IMG/VR virus record: IMGVR_UViG_3300042511_000631
Span: 32,519-96,518 of that record
Origin: a virus
DNA: 64,000 nt
Direction: 5' to 3' (one strand)
Under the pieces are notes generated by a model. The model was given only the letters and a program-made list of their open reading frames with translations, ran no database searches and was not told where the DNA came from. Positions 10,653 to 21,306 of the stretch are shown piece by piece; within the stretch, counting starts at the first letter, position 1, and each line of letters starts with the position of its first letter. A program made the translations under genes and the position numbers.

Positions 10653-13186
10653 TGTCACGTTACGGTATTAATTATTACGGCTTAAGTACGTACGGCTCTT
10701 CCGCCGCCGTTCAGTACGTAGCTGGGGCTTTTACTGCCCAATCTAGAGGGTACGGGTTTATACGTATTGAATGGGAAAACCCATCTGGCGCGTGGTCAAA
10801 TGTTCGGTTAATAAGAAACTCTTACGGTTACCCCGTAAACGCGTATGACGGCGACGTATTAGTCAATGCGGCAAGAGAAAACAATTTAACAGAGTATGAC
10901 GATTCAACGTTAGCAAAAGGCGCATTTTATTACTACTCTTTATTTTTGTATGACACCTTAACTTATAGCTGGGTTCGTGCGGGAAATGTAACGGGAGTAT
11001 CTGTAAAAAATTACAATTACGGTGCCAATATGTACAAATACATGCCGGACATTTACAAACTTACTCAAGCCTACGTGGCCTCATCCGAATGGGATAACGA
11101 CGACCTTTACAACTTTTTATCTTTATTTGGATTTCAACTTGACCACGCTCACACAATAACTAATTTATTAGTAAATCGGTACGACTTAGAAAAAGTTGGC
11201 GGAGTTCTAATCCCGTCATTACTACAGCAGTTTGGCTTAACGTACGAGCCTGAAATTGGTTACCAGCAATCCCGCATCCTTGTACGTGACGCAGTTCAAA
11301 TTGGCAAGAAAAAGGGAAGCGCAGAAGGCTTGCGTCAATTTATGAAAGCTTTTACAGGGTACGCAGTACCTCAACCAATTGCTGGAACCCCAAATCCAAG
11401 TGTAGACGGATTAGTGGTAGGCGAAAATATAATGCTTGATTACAACGATTCTTCATTTGAAGAGTCCGTTGGGCAATGGGCTTCATCTGACAGTACGGCT
11501 ACCTTGACCCATTTAAAAAAGATGGACATTACAGCCGTATCTTTAACCTCTAACGTTGTCCGTTTAATTATTGGATCTCATGCGTTTAAAGTTGGAAACA
11601 AAATTAACACCTCTGGGTTTACTTACCCACTGTTTAACACGTTAGGTACTCAAAAGACTATTACCGCAATTGATGCTACGTCAATTTATTTTGCGTTAAC
11701 TGCCAACGATGTGGCGCAACTACCGGCGTATAACAACTCCACTTCAAGTTACCCAGTAGTTATTCCCTACCCAACACCTTGGGATGAGCCAACAACTTTA
11801 ACTCAATACCCAAATAAACAAAACGGTATTTTGGCTATAAAAAATAGCACGGCGTCAACAGCTACAATTAAAATTGAATGCGGGTTGCTTAACCCTGTTC
11901 TAAAAGGCGTTCCAGTAACCACAGGTTTAAATTATGTGTTTAGTGTGTACTCAGCTGCTGGGTCTACTCTTAAAGGAATTGTTCTTAAAATTAGATGGTA
12001 TAGCCGTCTAGGTGATTTTCTTTCAGAGTCAACAGGCAGCTCAGTAAATAACGTAGTTGGCGATTTCTCAGCTCGTCCTGTTGTTTCGGACGGTGCCCCA
12101 GCTGACGCTTATTACGCTGTACCTGTAATAACAGTTGTTAGCGCCGGAGCAACATCGCTTAATGAATACCATTATTTTGATTGCGCTCAATTTGAACAAT
12201 CAGCTTCAGTCACAGACTTTGATGAAGCGCGCCAAATACATATGACGTTAAGAGCTTCTAGAATTAACGAATTGCTAAACCCTCACTTTGCCTCACCGTT
12301 AACCCCCTGGGCGGTTACAGGAGCATCAACTTCCGTAGATGCAACAACAAAAGAGCCAGACGTTGACGTATTCTCAATTGCCTTTAAATCTTTAACTTCA
12401 AATGTAGCAATGCTTGAAACATCCGTAAGTCACAACTTGCGTCCGGGAGATGTAGTTGTCGTAAGCGGGGTTGGCGCACCATTTGATGGAACTAAAACTA
12501 TAGCAACAGTTAGAGTTAACGCGGCTAACCCAACGCAAGTGTCAAAAACTTTTACCTACGCTGTTACAAACACAAATATTGTTAGAGTGGCCGCAACAGG
12601 TACAACTTATAAATCTGGAGATGCTTTAAAACTTACCGCCTCTGGCACGTCGGTGTTAGTAAAATCAACAACAACAACTGCAGATTTAATGCCAATCCAT
12701 TACCCAAGCACCTCTTACACATTTAGCGTATACGCTCAAGTTGCAACGGGAACAGAAACTGTAACCCCGGCTATTGTTTGGTATGACTCTTCTAAAGTTG
12801 CAATAGGTTCACCTATATCTGGAACCGCTACAGCAATTACCGCAACAGGTACTGCTTGGAATCGCCCATCTGTAACAGCCATCGCACCAAGCAACGCAGC
12901 ATACGCGCACGTGCAACTGTCATGGACAGCTGTAATTGGCGAAGAACTTTGGCTTGATGCAGCTTTGTTTGAAAACACTTCATCAATATCAACATACTTT
13001 GATGGAAGCTACGGCCCAGCTACAGCTAACGACTTGTTTTGGGAAGGCGGGGTAGTAGGTGGTTCCCGCAGCCATTACTACAAGCATCGGTACGCTATTC
13101 AAGATCGTTTGGCGGGAGCAGCGTTAGACTCTCAGTTAAACACGGGAACCACTGTAGCTATTTACTTGGCTCAACCAAAAACGTAG
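10652..13186 (+). CDS. Baseplate wedge/tail protein (gpI/gp7-like) with beta-rich carbohydrate-binding-like repeats
   Basis: LLQQFG..RILVRDA..KKGS core followed by repeated YTFSVY..WYD..FE domains. Confidence 0.65.
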   Translation: MSRYGINYYGLSTYGSSAAVQYVAGAFTAQSRGYGFIRIEWENPSGAWSNVRLIRNSYGYPVNAYDGDVLVNAARENNLTEYDDSTLAKGAFYYYSLFLYDTLTYSWVRAGNVTGVSVKNYNYGANMYKYMPDIYKLTQAYVASSEWDNDDLYNFLSLFGFQLDHAHTITNLLVNRYDLEKVGGVLIPSLLQQFGLTYEPEIGYQQSRILVRDAVQIGKKKGSAEGLRQFMKAFTGYAVPQPIAGTPNPSVDGLVVGENIMLDYNDSSFEESVGQWASSDSTATLTHLKKMDITAVSLTSNVVRLIIGSHAFKVGNKINTSGFTYPLFNTLGTQKTITAIDATSIYFALTANDVAQLPAYNNSTSSYPVVIPYPTPWDEPTTLTQYPNKQNGILAIKNSTASTATIKIECGLLNPVLKGVPVTTGLNYVFSVYSAAGSTLKGIVLKIRWYSRLGDFLSESTGSSVNNVVGDFSARPVVSDGAPADAYYAVPVITVVSAGATSLNEYHYFDCAQFEQSASVTDFDEARQIHMTLRASRINELLNPHFASPLTPWAVTGASTSVDATTKEPDVDVFSIAFKSLTSNVAMLETSVSHNLRPGDVVVVSGVGAPFDGTKTIATVRVNAANPTQVSKTFTYAVTNTNIVRVAATGTTYKSGDALKLTASGTSVLVKSTTTTADLMPIHYPSTSYTFSVYAQVATGTETVTPAIVWYDSSKVAIGSPISGTATAITATGTAWNRPSVTAIAPSNAAYAHVQLSWTAVIGEELWLDAALFENTSSISTYFDGSYGPATANDLFWEGGVVGGSRSHYYKHRYAIQDRLAGAALDSQLNTGTTVAIYLAQPKT

Positions 13187-13198
13187 TAGGATGAGAGT

Positions 13199-13480
13199 AT
13201 GTTAAACCTCATACTCATTGGATGTTTTACTGCGTTTTTACTTGCCGCTCTTGGTCCTTTAATGGATATTTTAAGCATGTTTATAGACAGTTTAATCCTC
13301 ACCGCGTTTGCTTCTCTTGTCTTTTCTTTGGGGGCAACTTTGTTGTTAGGTACCCCGGACTATAGGTCAGCTACTGTCACAGTTGTTGCTGGCGCCTTTC
13401 TAGGATCTCTATTTTTAGCTTTGGCTGAACGCGTAGCTACCTACAAACCAGCCGTAATTAACCCCACTAGGACAAATTAA
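13199..13480 (+). CDS. Small multi-TM membrane protein
   Basis: Three hydrophobic segments; leaderless -10 TAGGAT at 13187. Confidence 0.6.
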   Translation: MLNLILIGCFTAFLLAALGPLMDILSMFIDSLILTAFASLVFSLGATLLLGTPDYRSATVTVVAGAFLGSLFLALAERVATYKPAVINPTRTN

Positions 13481-13520
13481 AAAAAATGTGTAGGGTAGGG
13501 ACTCTTAAAGAGGAGACCTT

Positions 13521-14144
13521 ATGGAAAAGCATTATGTTGTAATTGCGGGTAATGGTGAAACTAGCCGCGCAAACCTTGAAGCCCTTATGGAAGACTACTT
13601 TTACACAAAAGGCGCAGACGGAATAGTCACAGTTCACATTGTTGTGGAAGGCGCGTTAAGCCCCGGAAAAACTTTTGCTACGCAGTACTCAGAAAGCAAG
13701 GGCAAAGAAGTTTTTCAACTGGGCGTAAAAGACAGTCTACAAAAAGCGGATCGAGTAAATACGTCCTGTTTCATCCTGTGGTCTGATGAAGACTCAGAGT
13801 GCCAGAAAGTTTTGGCGGTAGCCACCCAAATGGGGATCCCATGCTTTGACTTGACCGAAGGTCTTCTCCCAATCACCGCATCTAACGGAATCAAGGCTGC
13901 GGTGGAACCCGTGATCCCAGTACAGGAAACCTTGACCCCGCCAGTTGTTGAGGAGCCTTACGTTGAACCTGAGGATGAGGATGTTGAAGAAGACGGCGAA
14001 GAGGAAGAAGCCGAGTACGACGAGGAAGACATGGATAGCCTCTATTTCGGCGTGGAGGCCATTGCCAAGATATTTGCAAAAGCTATGGTTAAGGAATTGA
14101 CCGAGCAGGGTGTTTTAAAGCCTTCCAAGGCACCTGAGGCATGA
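13521..14144 (+). CDS. Hypothetical protein with acidic C-terminal tract
   Basis: ORF with GAGGAG RBS. Confidence 0.6.
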   Translation: MEKHYVVIAGNGETSRANLEALMEDYFYTKGADGIVTVHIVVEGALSPGKTFATQYSESKGKEVFQLGVKDSLQKADRVNTSCFILWSDEDSECQKVLAVATQMGIPCFDLTEGLLPITASNGIKAAVEPVIPVQETLTPPVVEEPYVEPEDEDVEEDGEEEEAEYDEEDMDSLYFGVEAIAKIFAKAMVKELTEQGVLKPSKAPEA

Positions 14145-15013
14145 TTTCAGCCCGAGCCCTAGGCATCCTTTTGGAAATCGCTTCTACAGGCCTCCAAGGC
14201 GGTGCTGACACCCTTTCTCTCCATTTTAAAGAGGGGCGTGACGCCTGCCAGTCTGCCCTGACCGAACTACGCAAGGCCGGTCTGATAGAGACCAAAACCA
14301 ACAAGTTCAATGGCGGGTTTAGCCGGTCAATTGAGGTCACGGAGCTAGGATTTACTTTCCTGGAAAGCCGTATAAGTATAACCCTGAAAAGCCGTACATC
14401 CATACTGCTGTCACAGCCTAATAGCATATTAAGCACTAATAGCTTATTAGCAAATAAGCAAGAAATAGTACCCGACGGGGTCGGGGATGAAGAATTTTAC
14501 AAGGTCGATTTAAAAACGGGAGGCGAAATGGATTTCTTAGGGCAAATGGATTTAGACCCTGATGACCGCGAGGAACAACTTCGCAAAGGGCGAGAACGCC
14601 GAAAGCTGGATTATCAAGACGCCAAGCAGCAAAAGCACGATGCTATGGTTGCTACAGCTGAAAATCGTTTACCGGCGATGTGGTCGACCAACCAAAGCTC
14701 ATCGGAGTTCATCAAGCGCCTTGAGGACATGTGGCATGTAAAACCTTGGACTGTCAGTCAAGCCCCCTTCAGAGCATCCCTAGCCAACGCTAGAAAGGCC
14801 TACGACACAGACGGCGAGATTGAGATTTTGATGATGGATTTGTATTTTAAGCAGATTGCTCATGAAACTTCTATTGACAACCCTGAGCATATTTGGCGAA
14901 GATTCATCCAACAATTTAGCTCACTTGCGATTGAGGCAAAACGGTCTAGGGTTACCGACGACGATATTGAAACTGAAAAGATTAAAGCCGCAAAGTCTTG
15001 GGAAGGTATTTAA
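14141..15013 (+). CDS. HTH protein, putative replication initiator
   Basis: N-terminal winged HTH (ARALGIL..EGRDA..ALTELRKAGLI); precedes a DnaC-like ATPase. Confidence 0.55.
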   Translation: MISARALGILLEIASTGLQGGADTLSLHFKEGRDACQSALTELRKAGLIETKTNKFNGGFSRSIEVTELGFTFLESRISITLKSRTSILLSQPNSILSTNSLLANKQEIVPDGVGDEEFYKVDLKTGGEMDFLGQMDLDPDDREEQLRKGRERRKLDYQDAKQQKHDAMVATAENRLPAMWSTNQSSSEFIKRLEDMWHVKPWTVSQAPFRASLANARKAYDTDGEIEILMMDLYFKQIAHETSIDNPEHIWRRFIQQFSSLAIEAKRSRVTDDDIETEKIKAAKSWEGI

Positions 15014-15702
15014 TGTTTAATGTTAAAGATCTAAAGGTTCGTCGCCGATCTTGGGTACAAAGCGCGTCTATTCCTAGCGCCCGTGTGGGTTGGACGGTTG
15101 AGGATTGCGTAGATGTAGACAAGGATGACATTGAATCTATCCGCCGTTGGATGTCAACGGTTGAGTCGGGAAAGGTCATCCGCGCTGTCGGATCAAAGTT
15201 TTGTGGCAAAGGGTTACTTTTATACGGCCAACCGGGTCGCGGAAAGTCCACATTAGCTTTGGCTGTGATTCAAGACATGATGAGAACGTTTCCGTTAGAG
15301 GCTTTTGCTCCAGCTGAACACGGGGTAGTTATCCGCCCTTGTTATTTTGCAACTTTTAACAGCATTTTAGACTTAAAGGGGTCTTTAATGGGAGACCCTT
15401 CAATTGAAGAGCAAATAATTTATAACGGAATACTTGGGGAGTGCCAAGACGATGCTTATAACATACGAGTATTGATTATCGACGATCTAGGTAAAGAACA
15501 CGCTAGTTTGTCTGGTTGGCAAAAGAATTTACTTCATCACGTGTTAAGAACCCGCTTTAACAACGGATTGCCTACTATTGTCACCACGAACATCAAACGC
15601 GATGATTGGGGAGGGCTCTACGGTGACGCAACTGAAAGCTTTGCAAACGAAGCTTTTGTTTATATGCCCATTGCTGTCACTAAAGGAGACCTACGTAAAT
15701 GA
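15013..15702 (+). CDS. DnaC/IstB-like AAA+ helicase loader
   Basis: Walker A GQPGRGKS; LIIDDLGKE; PTIVTTN. Confidence 0.85.
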   Translation: MFNVKDLKVRRRSWVQSASIPSARVGWTVEDCVDVDKDDIESIRRWMSTVESGKVIRAVGSKFCGKGLLLYGQPGRGKSTLALAVIQDMMRTFPLEAFAPAEHGVVIRPCYFATFNSILDLKGSLMGDPSIEEQIIYNGILGECQDDAYNIRVLIIDDLGKEHASLSGWQKNLLHHVLRTRFNNGLPTIVTTNIKRDDWGGLYGDATESFANEAFVYMPIAVTKGDLRK

Positions 15703-16013
15703 GCGAGTTCCAAATGACTGATGATTATCGTTTAGTTCAAGTGTTCTTGCCGCAAAACACAACCACCGGCCCTGGAATTTATGAAGTGTCTATAAATGAT
15801 ACTGATGGTTTTTACTGTACTTGCCCGGGTTACTCTGGACGCGCTATATGTAAACATGTTAAGTTTGTCAGAGCGCGGATTGATACTAATAACGGAACTT
15901 ACCCGTTAGAGATATCTAGTAGAGCTACTATGGATGACGCCGATAAAGCTAAAACATCCAACAAAGAGTTCCGGCAATTTATTATAAAATTTGGCAAGGT
16001 AGAGGTTATCTAA
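15699..16013 (+). CDS. SWIM zinc-finger protein
   Basis: CTCPG..CKH. Confidence 0.75.
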   Translation: MSEFQMTDDYRLVQVFLPQNTTTGPGIYEVSINDTDGFYCTCPGYSGRAICKHVKFVRARIDTNNGTYPLEISSRATMDDADKAKTSNKEFRQFIIKFGKVEVI

Positions 16014-16014
16014 C

Positions 16015-16422
16015 TTGCGAAACGGGGATATCAGCAACGAGCTCCCCAAAAGAATACTTGTAGTAAGTGACATATTCTTAACTGTAGAGCTCACGTTTAA
16101 AAAAGTATTAAAAGTTTTTCCTGTCGCAAAAATTGATAAAAAGATTCGTCGTGACATTTTAAGTTATCTCTACTTGTACACCACTAAACAAGGTGTTACT
16201 TTAGAACTTGTATCGTATGAGTTATCCGATGATGATCTAGCAAAAGTAATTGATATGCTTGACGACATGGGTACTAACCCGTTTAGATACTTCTCAGCGT
16301 ACGAATCAGTGAACCATCTAGTAGCGGAATTGCCTTATCGTCCAGAAGTTGTTGGTGTGCTTGATACACCAGAGCGACTGTTACGTTATGGCCATTGGGG
16401 ATTGGACTTTAATAGACTATGA
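16015..16422 (+). CDS. Hypothetical protein
   Basis: ORF in the replication operon, coupled to DnaB. Confidence 0.55.
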   Translation: MRNGDISNELPKRILVVSDIFLTVELTFKKVLKVFPVAKIDKKIRRDILSYLYLYTTKQGVTLELVSYELSDDDLAKVIDMLDDMGTNPFRYFSAYESVNHLVAELPYRPEVVGVLDTPERLLRYGHWGLDFNRL

Positions 16423-17645
16423 ACAACCAAGTAAAACTCATCAGTAAGATTCTTTCAGACCGAGATGTAACTTTAGTTCTTGAAAAGAATATTAACGAGT
16501 CTTGGTTTTCAGACGCCACAGATAAAAAAATATTTAAGTTTATTCAACAGCATTTTGTTAATTATCAAGAATGCCCAAGCTTAGATGTAATACTCGAGAA
16601 CTTTCCAACTTTTGAGATAACACCTTGCTTAGATAGCGTTGATTATTTAATTGATCGTTTAACTCAAGATCGTCGTAAGCAAAGAATTGTTGCCACACTT
16701 GGATCAGCTCTTGAAGCACTTGAAAGAGAACAAGACCACGAATCAGCTTTACTTGCTTTACAAAATGGAATTGTAAAGTTAGAAGAGGATGGGCTTAACA
16801 GCTCTACAGATTTAGAAATTACTATTGCTGCTAAGTCAGCGGTGGAAGAGTATGAGTGGCGAAAGAATAACCCCGGGCTATTAGGACTACCTACAGGGTT
16901 TCCTACTATTGATAGGGCTACTTCTGGTTTACAGAATGGCCAGTTAATTGTAATTATTGCTCCACCAAAAACTGGTAAGTCAACTCTTGCGTTACAGATT
17001 GCTACTAATTGTCACTTGAATAACAAAGTCCCATTGTTTTATTCGTTTGAGATGAGCAACAGCGAGCAGAAGAGTCGGTACTACGCCATGCGTGCTCGTA
17101 TTTCTCACAAGCGTTTAATGGAAGGTAACTTAACTTCGGAAGAAGAAAGTCGTTATTACCGTGTTGTTAAAGGCATTGAGAACATGCACGATAAGTTTTG
17201 GTTTAGCGACTCCTCTGGCGGTCAGACTGTAAGCGGTGTGGCTAGCAAGATTCAAAATAAGAATCCAGATATTGTTTTTATTGACGGAACTTACTTGATG
17301 ATTGATGAGCAGACTGGTGAGGCAAATACTCCTCAAGCTCTAACTAACATCACTCGTTCTTTAAAGCGTTTAGCTCAGAAGGTTAACAAGCCGATTGTTA
17401 TCTCTACTCAAGTACTGGCTTGGAAGATGAAAGGTGGAAAGGTAAACGCAGACGCTATTGGTTACTCATCTTCTTTTCACCAAGATGCTGACACTATCTT
17501 TGGTTTACAGCGAGAGACTGAAGATGTCGATGACACTCGTTTACTTAAAGTTGTAGCCAGCCGTAACTCTGGACTTAGCGAAGTTTCTCTATGCTGGGAC
17601 TGGGACAGCGGTCAGTTCCGTGAGCTTGGGGTTGAAGACCTATGA
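16419..17645 (+). CDS. dnaB: DnaB-like replicative helicase
   Basis: GLPTGF..D, APPKTGKS, SFEMS, LKRLA, QDAD motifs. Confidence 0.92.
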   Translation: MNNQVKLISKILSDRDVTLVLEKNINESWFSDATDKKIFKFIQQHFVNYQECPSLDVILENFPTFEITPCLDSVDYLIDRLTQDRRKQRIVATLGSALEALEREQDHESALLALQNGIVKLEEDGLNSSTDLEITIAAKSAVEEYEWRKNNPGLLGLPTGFPTIDRATSGLQNGQLIVIIAPPKTGKSTLALQIATNCHLNNKVPLFYSFEMSNSEQKSRYYAMRARISHKRLMEGNLTSEEESRYYRVVKGIENMHDKFWFSDSSGGQTVSGVASKIQNKNPDIVFIDGTYLMIDEQTGEANTPQALTNITRSLKRLAQKVNKPIVISTQVLAWKMKGGKVNADAIGYSSSFHQDADTIFGLQRETEDVDDTRLLKVVASRNSGLSEVSLCWDWDSGQFRELGVEDL

Positions 17646-18571
17646 CAGTTGAAGAGATGCAAGACACCCTTACGCGTTTAGGTATGGAGAGTATTGCTGT
17701 ACGCGGAGATGAAATCCAGAGCTATTGTCCAGCTCACAAAGATAGAACTGGTCGTGAAGACCGCAACCCGTCGTTTTGGATTAACTCCGACACTGGAGCT
17801 TTTATTTGTTTCTCCTGTCAGTTTAAAGGAAATGTTTACAGTTTAATTAGTTATGTAAGCGGTATTGAGTTTGATAAAGCTAAAGAATGGTTTGCTTCTC
17901 CTTCGCTTTTAGTTACTCGGTTTAACCGACTTATTGAAGAAAAGCGGGGGCCAATTGAAGAGCCAACTATTATTACTGAATCGATGCTTAGTGCTTTTGT
18001 AGACCCCCCGCAGGAAGCTTTAAACGCTAGAGGGATATCTTTAGCTGCTGCAAGAGCCTACGAGATTTGTTGGGATGCTAGACAAGACAATTGGATTATC
18101 CCTATTCGTGATTCTAAAACTCAAAAGCTTTTAGGCTGGCAGGAGAAGGGTTACAAACAGCGTTACTTTAACAACCGCCCGGCTAAGATTAAAAAAAGCA
18201 ATTCTTTATTTGGTTACAGCCAGTATGTAGGCGGGGACATGATTGTGGTTGAGTCCCCTTTAGATGTAGTGCGCTTAGCCTCAGTGGGGATTATGGGCGG
18301 GGTGGCTACTTACGGAGCTTTGATATCAGACTCTCAAGTTGGGTACTTAAGAGGAGCCGACCGATTGATCTTTGCTTTAGATAACGACGAAGCTGGAAAG
18401 AACGCGTCTATGAAAATGCTACATACCTGTAAGGCTCTTGATATGGAAGCGTGGTTCTTTAGTTATAGCAATACGGACATGAAAGATATTGGCGGGATGA
18501 GCCTTGATGAGGTACGTTTAGGGTTAACAAACGCCAAACACTTGGTACACGGATTGAGGGCAGTTCTATGA
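17642..18571 (+). CDS. dnaG: DNA primase (CHC2 Zn finger plus TOPRIM)
   Basis: CPAH..CFSC; VVES.LD; ALDNDEAG. Confidence 0.9.
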   Translation: MTVEEMQDTLTRLGMESIAVRGDEIQSYCPAHKDRTGREDRNPSFWINSDTGAFICFSCQFKGNVYSLISYVSGIEFDKAKEWFASPSLLVTRFNRLIEEKRGPIEEPTIITESMLSAFVDPPQEALNARGISLAAARAYEICWDARQDNWIIPIRDSKTQKLLGWQEKGYKQRYFNNRPAKIKKSNSLFGYSQYVGGDMIVVESPLDVVRLASVGIMGGVATYGALISDSQVGYLRGADRLIFALDNDEAGKNASMKMLHTCKALDMEAWFFSYSNTDMKDIGGMSLDEVRLGLTNAKHLVHGLRAVL

Positions 18572-19101
18572 TTATTGGTCTTTCAGGATATGCGCGTTCG
18601 GGAAAAGACACGGTTGCTGGAATGCTAATGGGTATTCATCATTATCAGCGAGTAGCTTTTGCGGACAAGATTAAAGAAATGTTGTATGAAATTGATCCGT
18701 TAATCATGTTTAATAGGAGAGATTTTAGGTTGCAAGACATTGTTGACTACAAAGGTTGGGAAACCGCCAAGACAGAGTTTCCAGAGATTCGCCGCTTACT
18801 TCAAGACCTTGGCGTAGGCGCTCGTGACATTTTTGGAACTGACTTTTGGATTGACCAAGCTTTGCGGAAGTACAACGTTACTGAAAAGATTGTTATTACA
18901 GATGTAAGGTTTAAGAACGAAGCCGCCGCTATTAAACGGCATAAAAATGGTCAAGTATGGCGAATTAATCGTATTGGTACTGGGCCAGCAAATGACCATG
19001 TCTCTGAAATAAATATGGACGACTGGGAATTTGACGCTGTTATAAACAACGACAGCGATATGCCCAATTTGATTCGCCAGATACGCGCCCTGCTAGGGTA
19101 G
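18568..19101 (+). CDS. Deoxynucleoside monophosphate kinase
   Basis: IIGLSGYARSGKDT, FAD, RRLLQ.LG, ITDVRF.NE, H.SE. Confidence 0.9.
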   Translation: MIIGLSGYARSGKDTVAGMLMGIHHYQRVAFADKIKEMLYEIDPLIMFNRRDFRLQDIVDYKGWETAKTEFPEIRRLLQDLGVGARDIFGTDFWIDQALRKYNVTEKIVITDVRFKNEAAAIKRHKNGQVWRINRIGTGPANDHVSEINMDDWEFDAVINNDSDMPNLIRQIRALLG

Positions 19102-19105
19102 CTCT

Positions 19106-20695
19106 ATGACATTTACAGGCACACTTCTGCCTTATCAGCCAGAGGCTGTCGATCGCATGTGCGACCGTAACAAGATGCTGGTGGCCTATGACCTAGGGCT
19201 AGGCAAAACTGTTTTAACCATTGCGGCTTTAGAACGTTTGATGGATGAGCGGAAAATACTGGAGCCAGGGCTTATTATTTGTCTTTCAAGCCTCAAATAC
19301 CAGTGGCATAATCAGATTGCGAAATTTACAAATGGAACTTCAAACTCTTTGGTCATTGATGGAACGCCGAAGAAACGCACAGATCAATACGCCGAAGCGA
19401 TGGACTGGCGGAATAGCGGGGTTGATTATGTCATTCTCAACTACGAGCAAATTGTTAATGACTGGGCATACGTCAGCCAACTCCCCCGAGGATTCGTGGT
19501 ACTCGACGAAGCAACAGCTATCAAATCTTTCAGATCAAAACGATCAAAAGCTGTAAAAAAGTTAGGCGACGCTCCTTTTAAATTTGCGCTTACCGGAACT
19601 CCTATTGAAAACGGTAAACCAGAAGAGCTGTATTCAATTATGCAGTTTGTTGACCCAACCGTGCTTGGAAGGTTTGACATCTTTGATTCAACTTTTATCG
19701 TGCGCAATAACTGGGGCGCGGTTAACTACTACCGTAATCTCCCAACGCTCCATACTAAGTTAAAGGAAGCTTGCGTTCGTAAAGCGCAAAAAGATCCAGA
19801 CGTAGCGCCATTCTTACCAGACTCTATCCACAAAGAGCCAGTAAAGATTGTGCTTGATCGCAAGTCAGCAAAACTTTACCGCCGTATTGCTACCGATTTA
19901 TCAAATGACTTAGAGGAAGCTCAAGAGTTGTTTGGCGCATCTTTTAACGTGCTAGCGCACTACGGGTTTGAAAGCCAACGCGGTGGGCCAGAGGATGAGA
20001 TCCGCGGTCGTATTATGTCCAAGGTAGGTTGTCTAAAGATGCTGTGCTCTCACCCAGATCTATTAAAGACAAGCGCTCGCAAGTTTTTATTAGAAAACAA
20101 CGAGGGCTCTGCTTACGCCAATGATTTAAAACAATCTGGGGCGCTGGATGATCTTGGTCAATCTACAAAGCTTGATTACTTAATTCAATATGTTAAAGAT
20201 TTCTTAGAACAAAACGACGCTAACAAAGTAGTTATCTTTGCTACTTACGTAGATATGCTAGACATGATGGCAGAAGCGCTGGGTGTAGACCAATGTCGTT
20301 TGTACTCAGGAAAACTGAATGCCAAAACTAAGGAGGATAACAAAATTGCTTTTAACACTGACCCTAATATTCGGGTGCTTATTTCTTCAGACGCTGGCGG
20401 TTACGGTGTGGATTTACCGGCGGCTAATCTACTCATCAACTACGACTTACCATGGTCATCAGGAGCAGCGACCCAACGCAACGGACGAATAATGCGTGCC
20501 TCATCCACTTGGCCTTCTATCGTTATTCAAGACGTGCTGATCCAAGGATCAATTGAAGAGCGTCAGCATGAAGCGCTTCAACACAAGAGTGCCTTAGCAA
20601 GCGCGGTGGTGGACGGAGAGGGTATAGACGACAAAGGGGGTATTCCAATGACAGTTGGGAGCTTAACTACCTTCCTACGGGTCTCTACGGTCTGA
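19106..20695 (+). CDS. SNF2-family helicase/translocase
   Basis: DLGLGKT, LDEA, LTGTPIEN, QRNGR. Confidence 0.9.
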   Translation: MTFTGTLLPYQPEAVDRMCDRNKMLVAYDLGLGKTVLTIAALERLMDERKILEPGLIICLSSLKYQWHNQIAKFTNGTSNSLVIDGTPKKRTDQYAEAMDWRNSGVDYVILNYEQIVNDWAYVSQLPRGFVVLDEATAIKSFRSKRSKAVKKLGDAPFKFALTGTPIENGKPEELYSIMQFVDPTVLGRFDIFDSTFIVRNNWGAVNYYRNLPTLHTKLKEACVRKAQKDPDVAPFLPDSIHKEPVKIVLDRKSAKLYRRIATDLSNDLEEAQELFGASFNVLAHYGFESQRGGPEDEIRGRIMSKVGCLKMLCSHPDLLKTSARKFLLENNEGSAYANDLKQSGALDDLGQSTKLDYLIQYVKDFLEQNDANKVVIFATYVDMLDMMAEALGVDQCRLYSGKLNAKTKEDNKIAFNTDPNIRVLISSDAGGYGVDLPAANLLINYDLPWSSGAATQRNGRIMRASSTWPSIVIQDVLIQGSIEERQHEALQHKSALASAVVDGEGIDDKGGIPMTVGSLTTFLRVSTV

Positions 20696-20737
20696 TTTCA
20701 CCCAATAAAAACGGTTGGGTGACATTACACTTATCTA

Positions 20738-20881
20738 ATGCCTAACGCACCTAAGACTCCAACACGCACAATACGTGTACCTGATGACCTGTGGAAAGCC
20801 GTCCAGCTTAAGGCTGCCGATCAAGGCATAACTGTCACAAGCGTCATTATTAAAGCTCTTGAGGATTATCTTAAAGATTAG
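20738..20881 (+). CDS. Ribbon-helix-helix DNA-binding protein (47 aa, not in ORF track)
   Basis: MPNAPKTPTRTIRVPDDLWKAVQLKAADQGITVTSVIIKALEDYL fits the Arc/CopG pattern. Confidence 0.75.
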   Translation: MPNAPKTPTRTIRVPDDLWKAVQLKAADQGITVTSVIIKALEDYLKD

Positions 20882-20910
20882 TTGACAAGGGCTTGGCTGG
20901 ACATTAAGTT
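20882..20910 (+). promoter_or_regulatory. SigA-type promoter, leaderless
   Basis: TTGACA-17-TAAGTT, then 6 nt to ATG 20917. Confidence 0.75.
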
Positions 20911-20916
20911 ATCAGC

Positions 20917-21306
20917 ATGGACATGGAAACTATAAAAAACACAGTAAAGCAATACCTTGCGCTTAAAAAAGAAGCTGACATGCTTTCAGATCGCACAGGT
21001 GAGTTAAAGAAGCGTTTGACATCAGATGTTGAAGAGTTTGGTGAAGAGAACGATCGCGGACACATCGTTTTAGATGTGGATGGCGTAACCCTAACTAAAC
21101 AGCGTAAAGTATCTAAAAACTTAGATATGGACGTTGCAGAGCAGATGCTTAAAAAGCGCGGTATTTATGACCGCTGTGTAAAAATGGAGCCAGTGCTTCA
21201 AGAAAATGAAATTTTAGCGTGCGTCTACACTGGCGACTTAACTGAAGAAGACATTGACGTTATGTTCCCGTCTAAAGTTTCTTACGCATTTCTTGTGAAG
21301 GAATAA
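20917..21306 (+). CDS. Hypothetical coiled-coil protein
   Basis: ORF behind a consensus promoter. Confidence 0.6.
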   Translation: MDMETIKNTVKQYLALKKEADMLSDRTGELKKRLTSDVEEFGEENDRGHIVLDVDGVTLTKQRKVSKNLDMDVAEQMLKKRGIYDRCVKMEPVLQENEILACVYTGDLTEEDIDVMFPSKVSYAFLVKE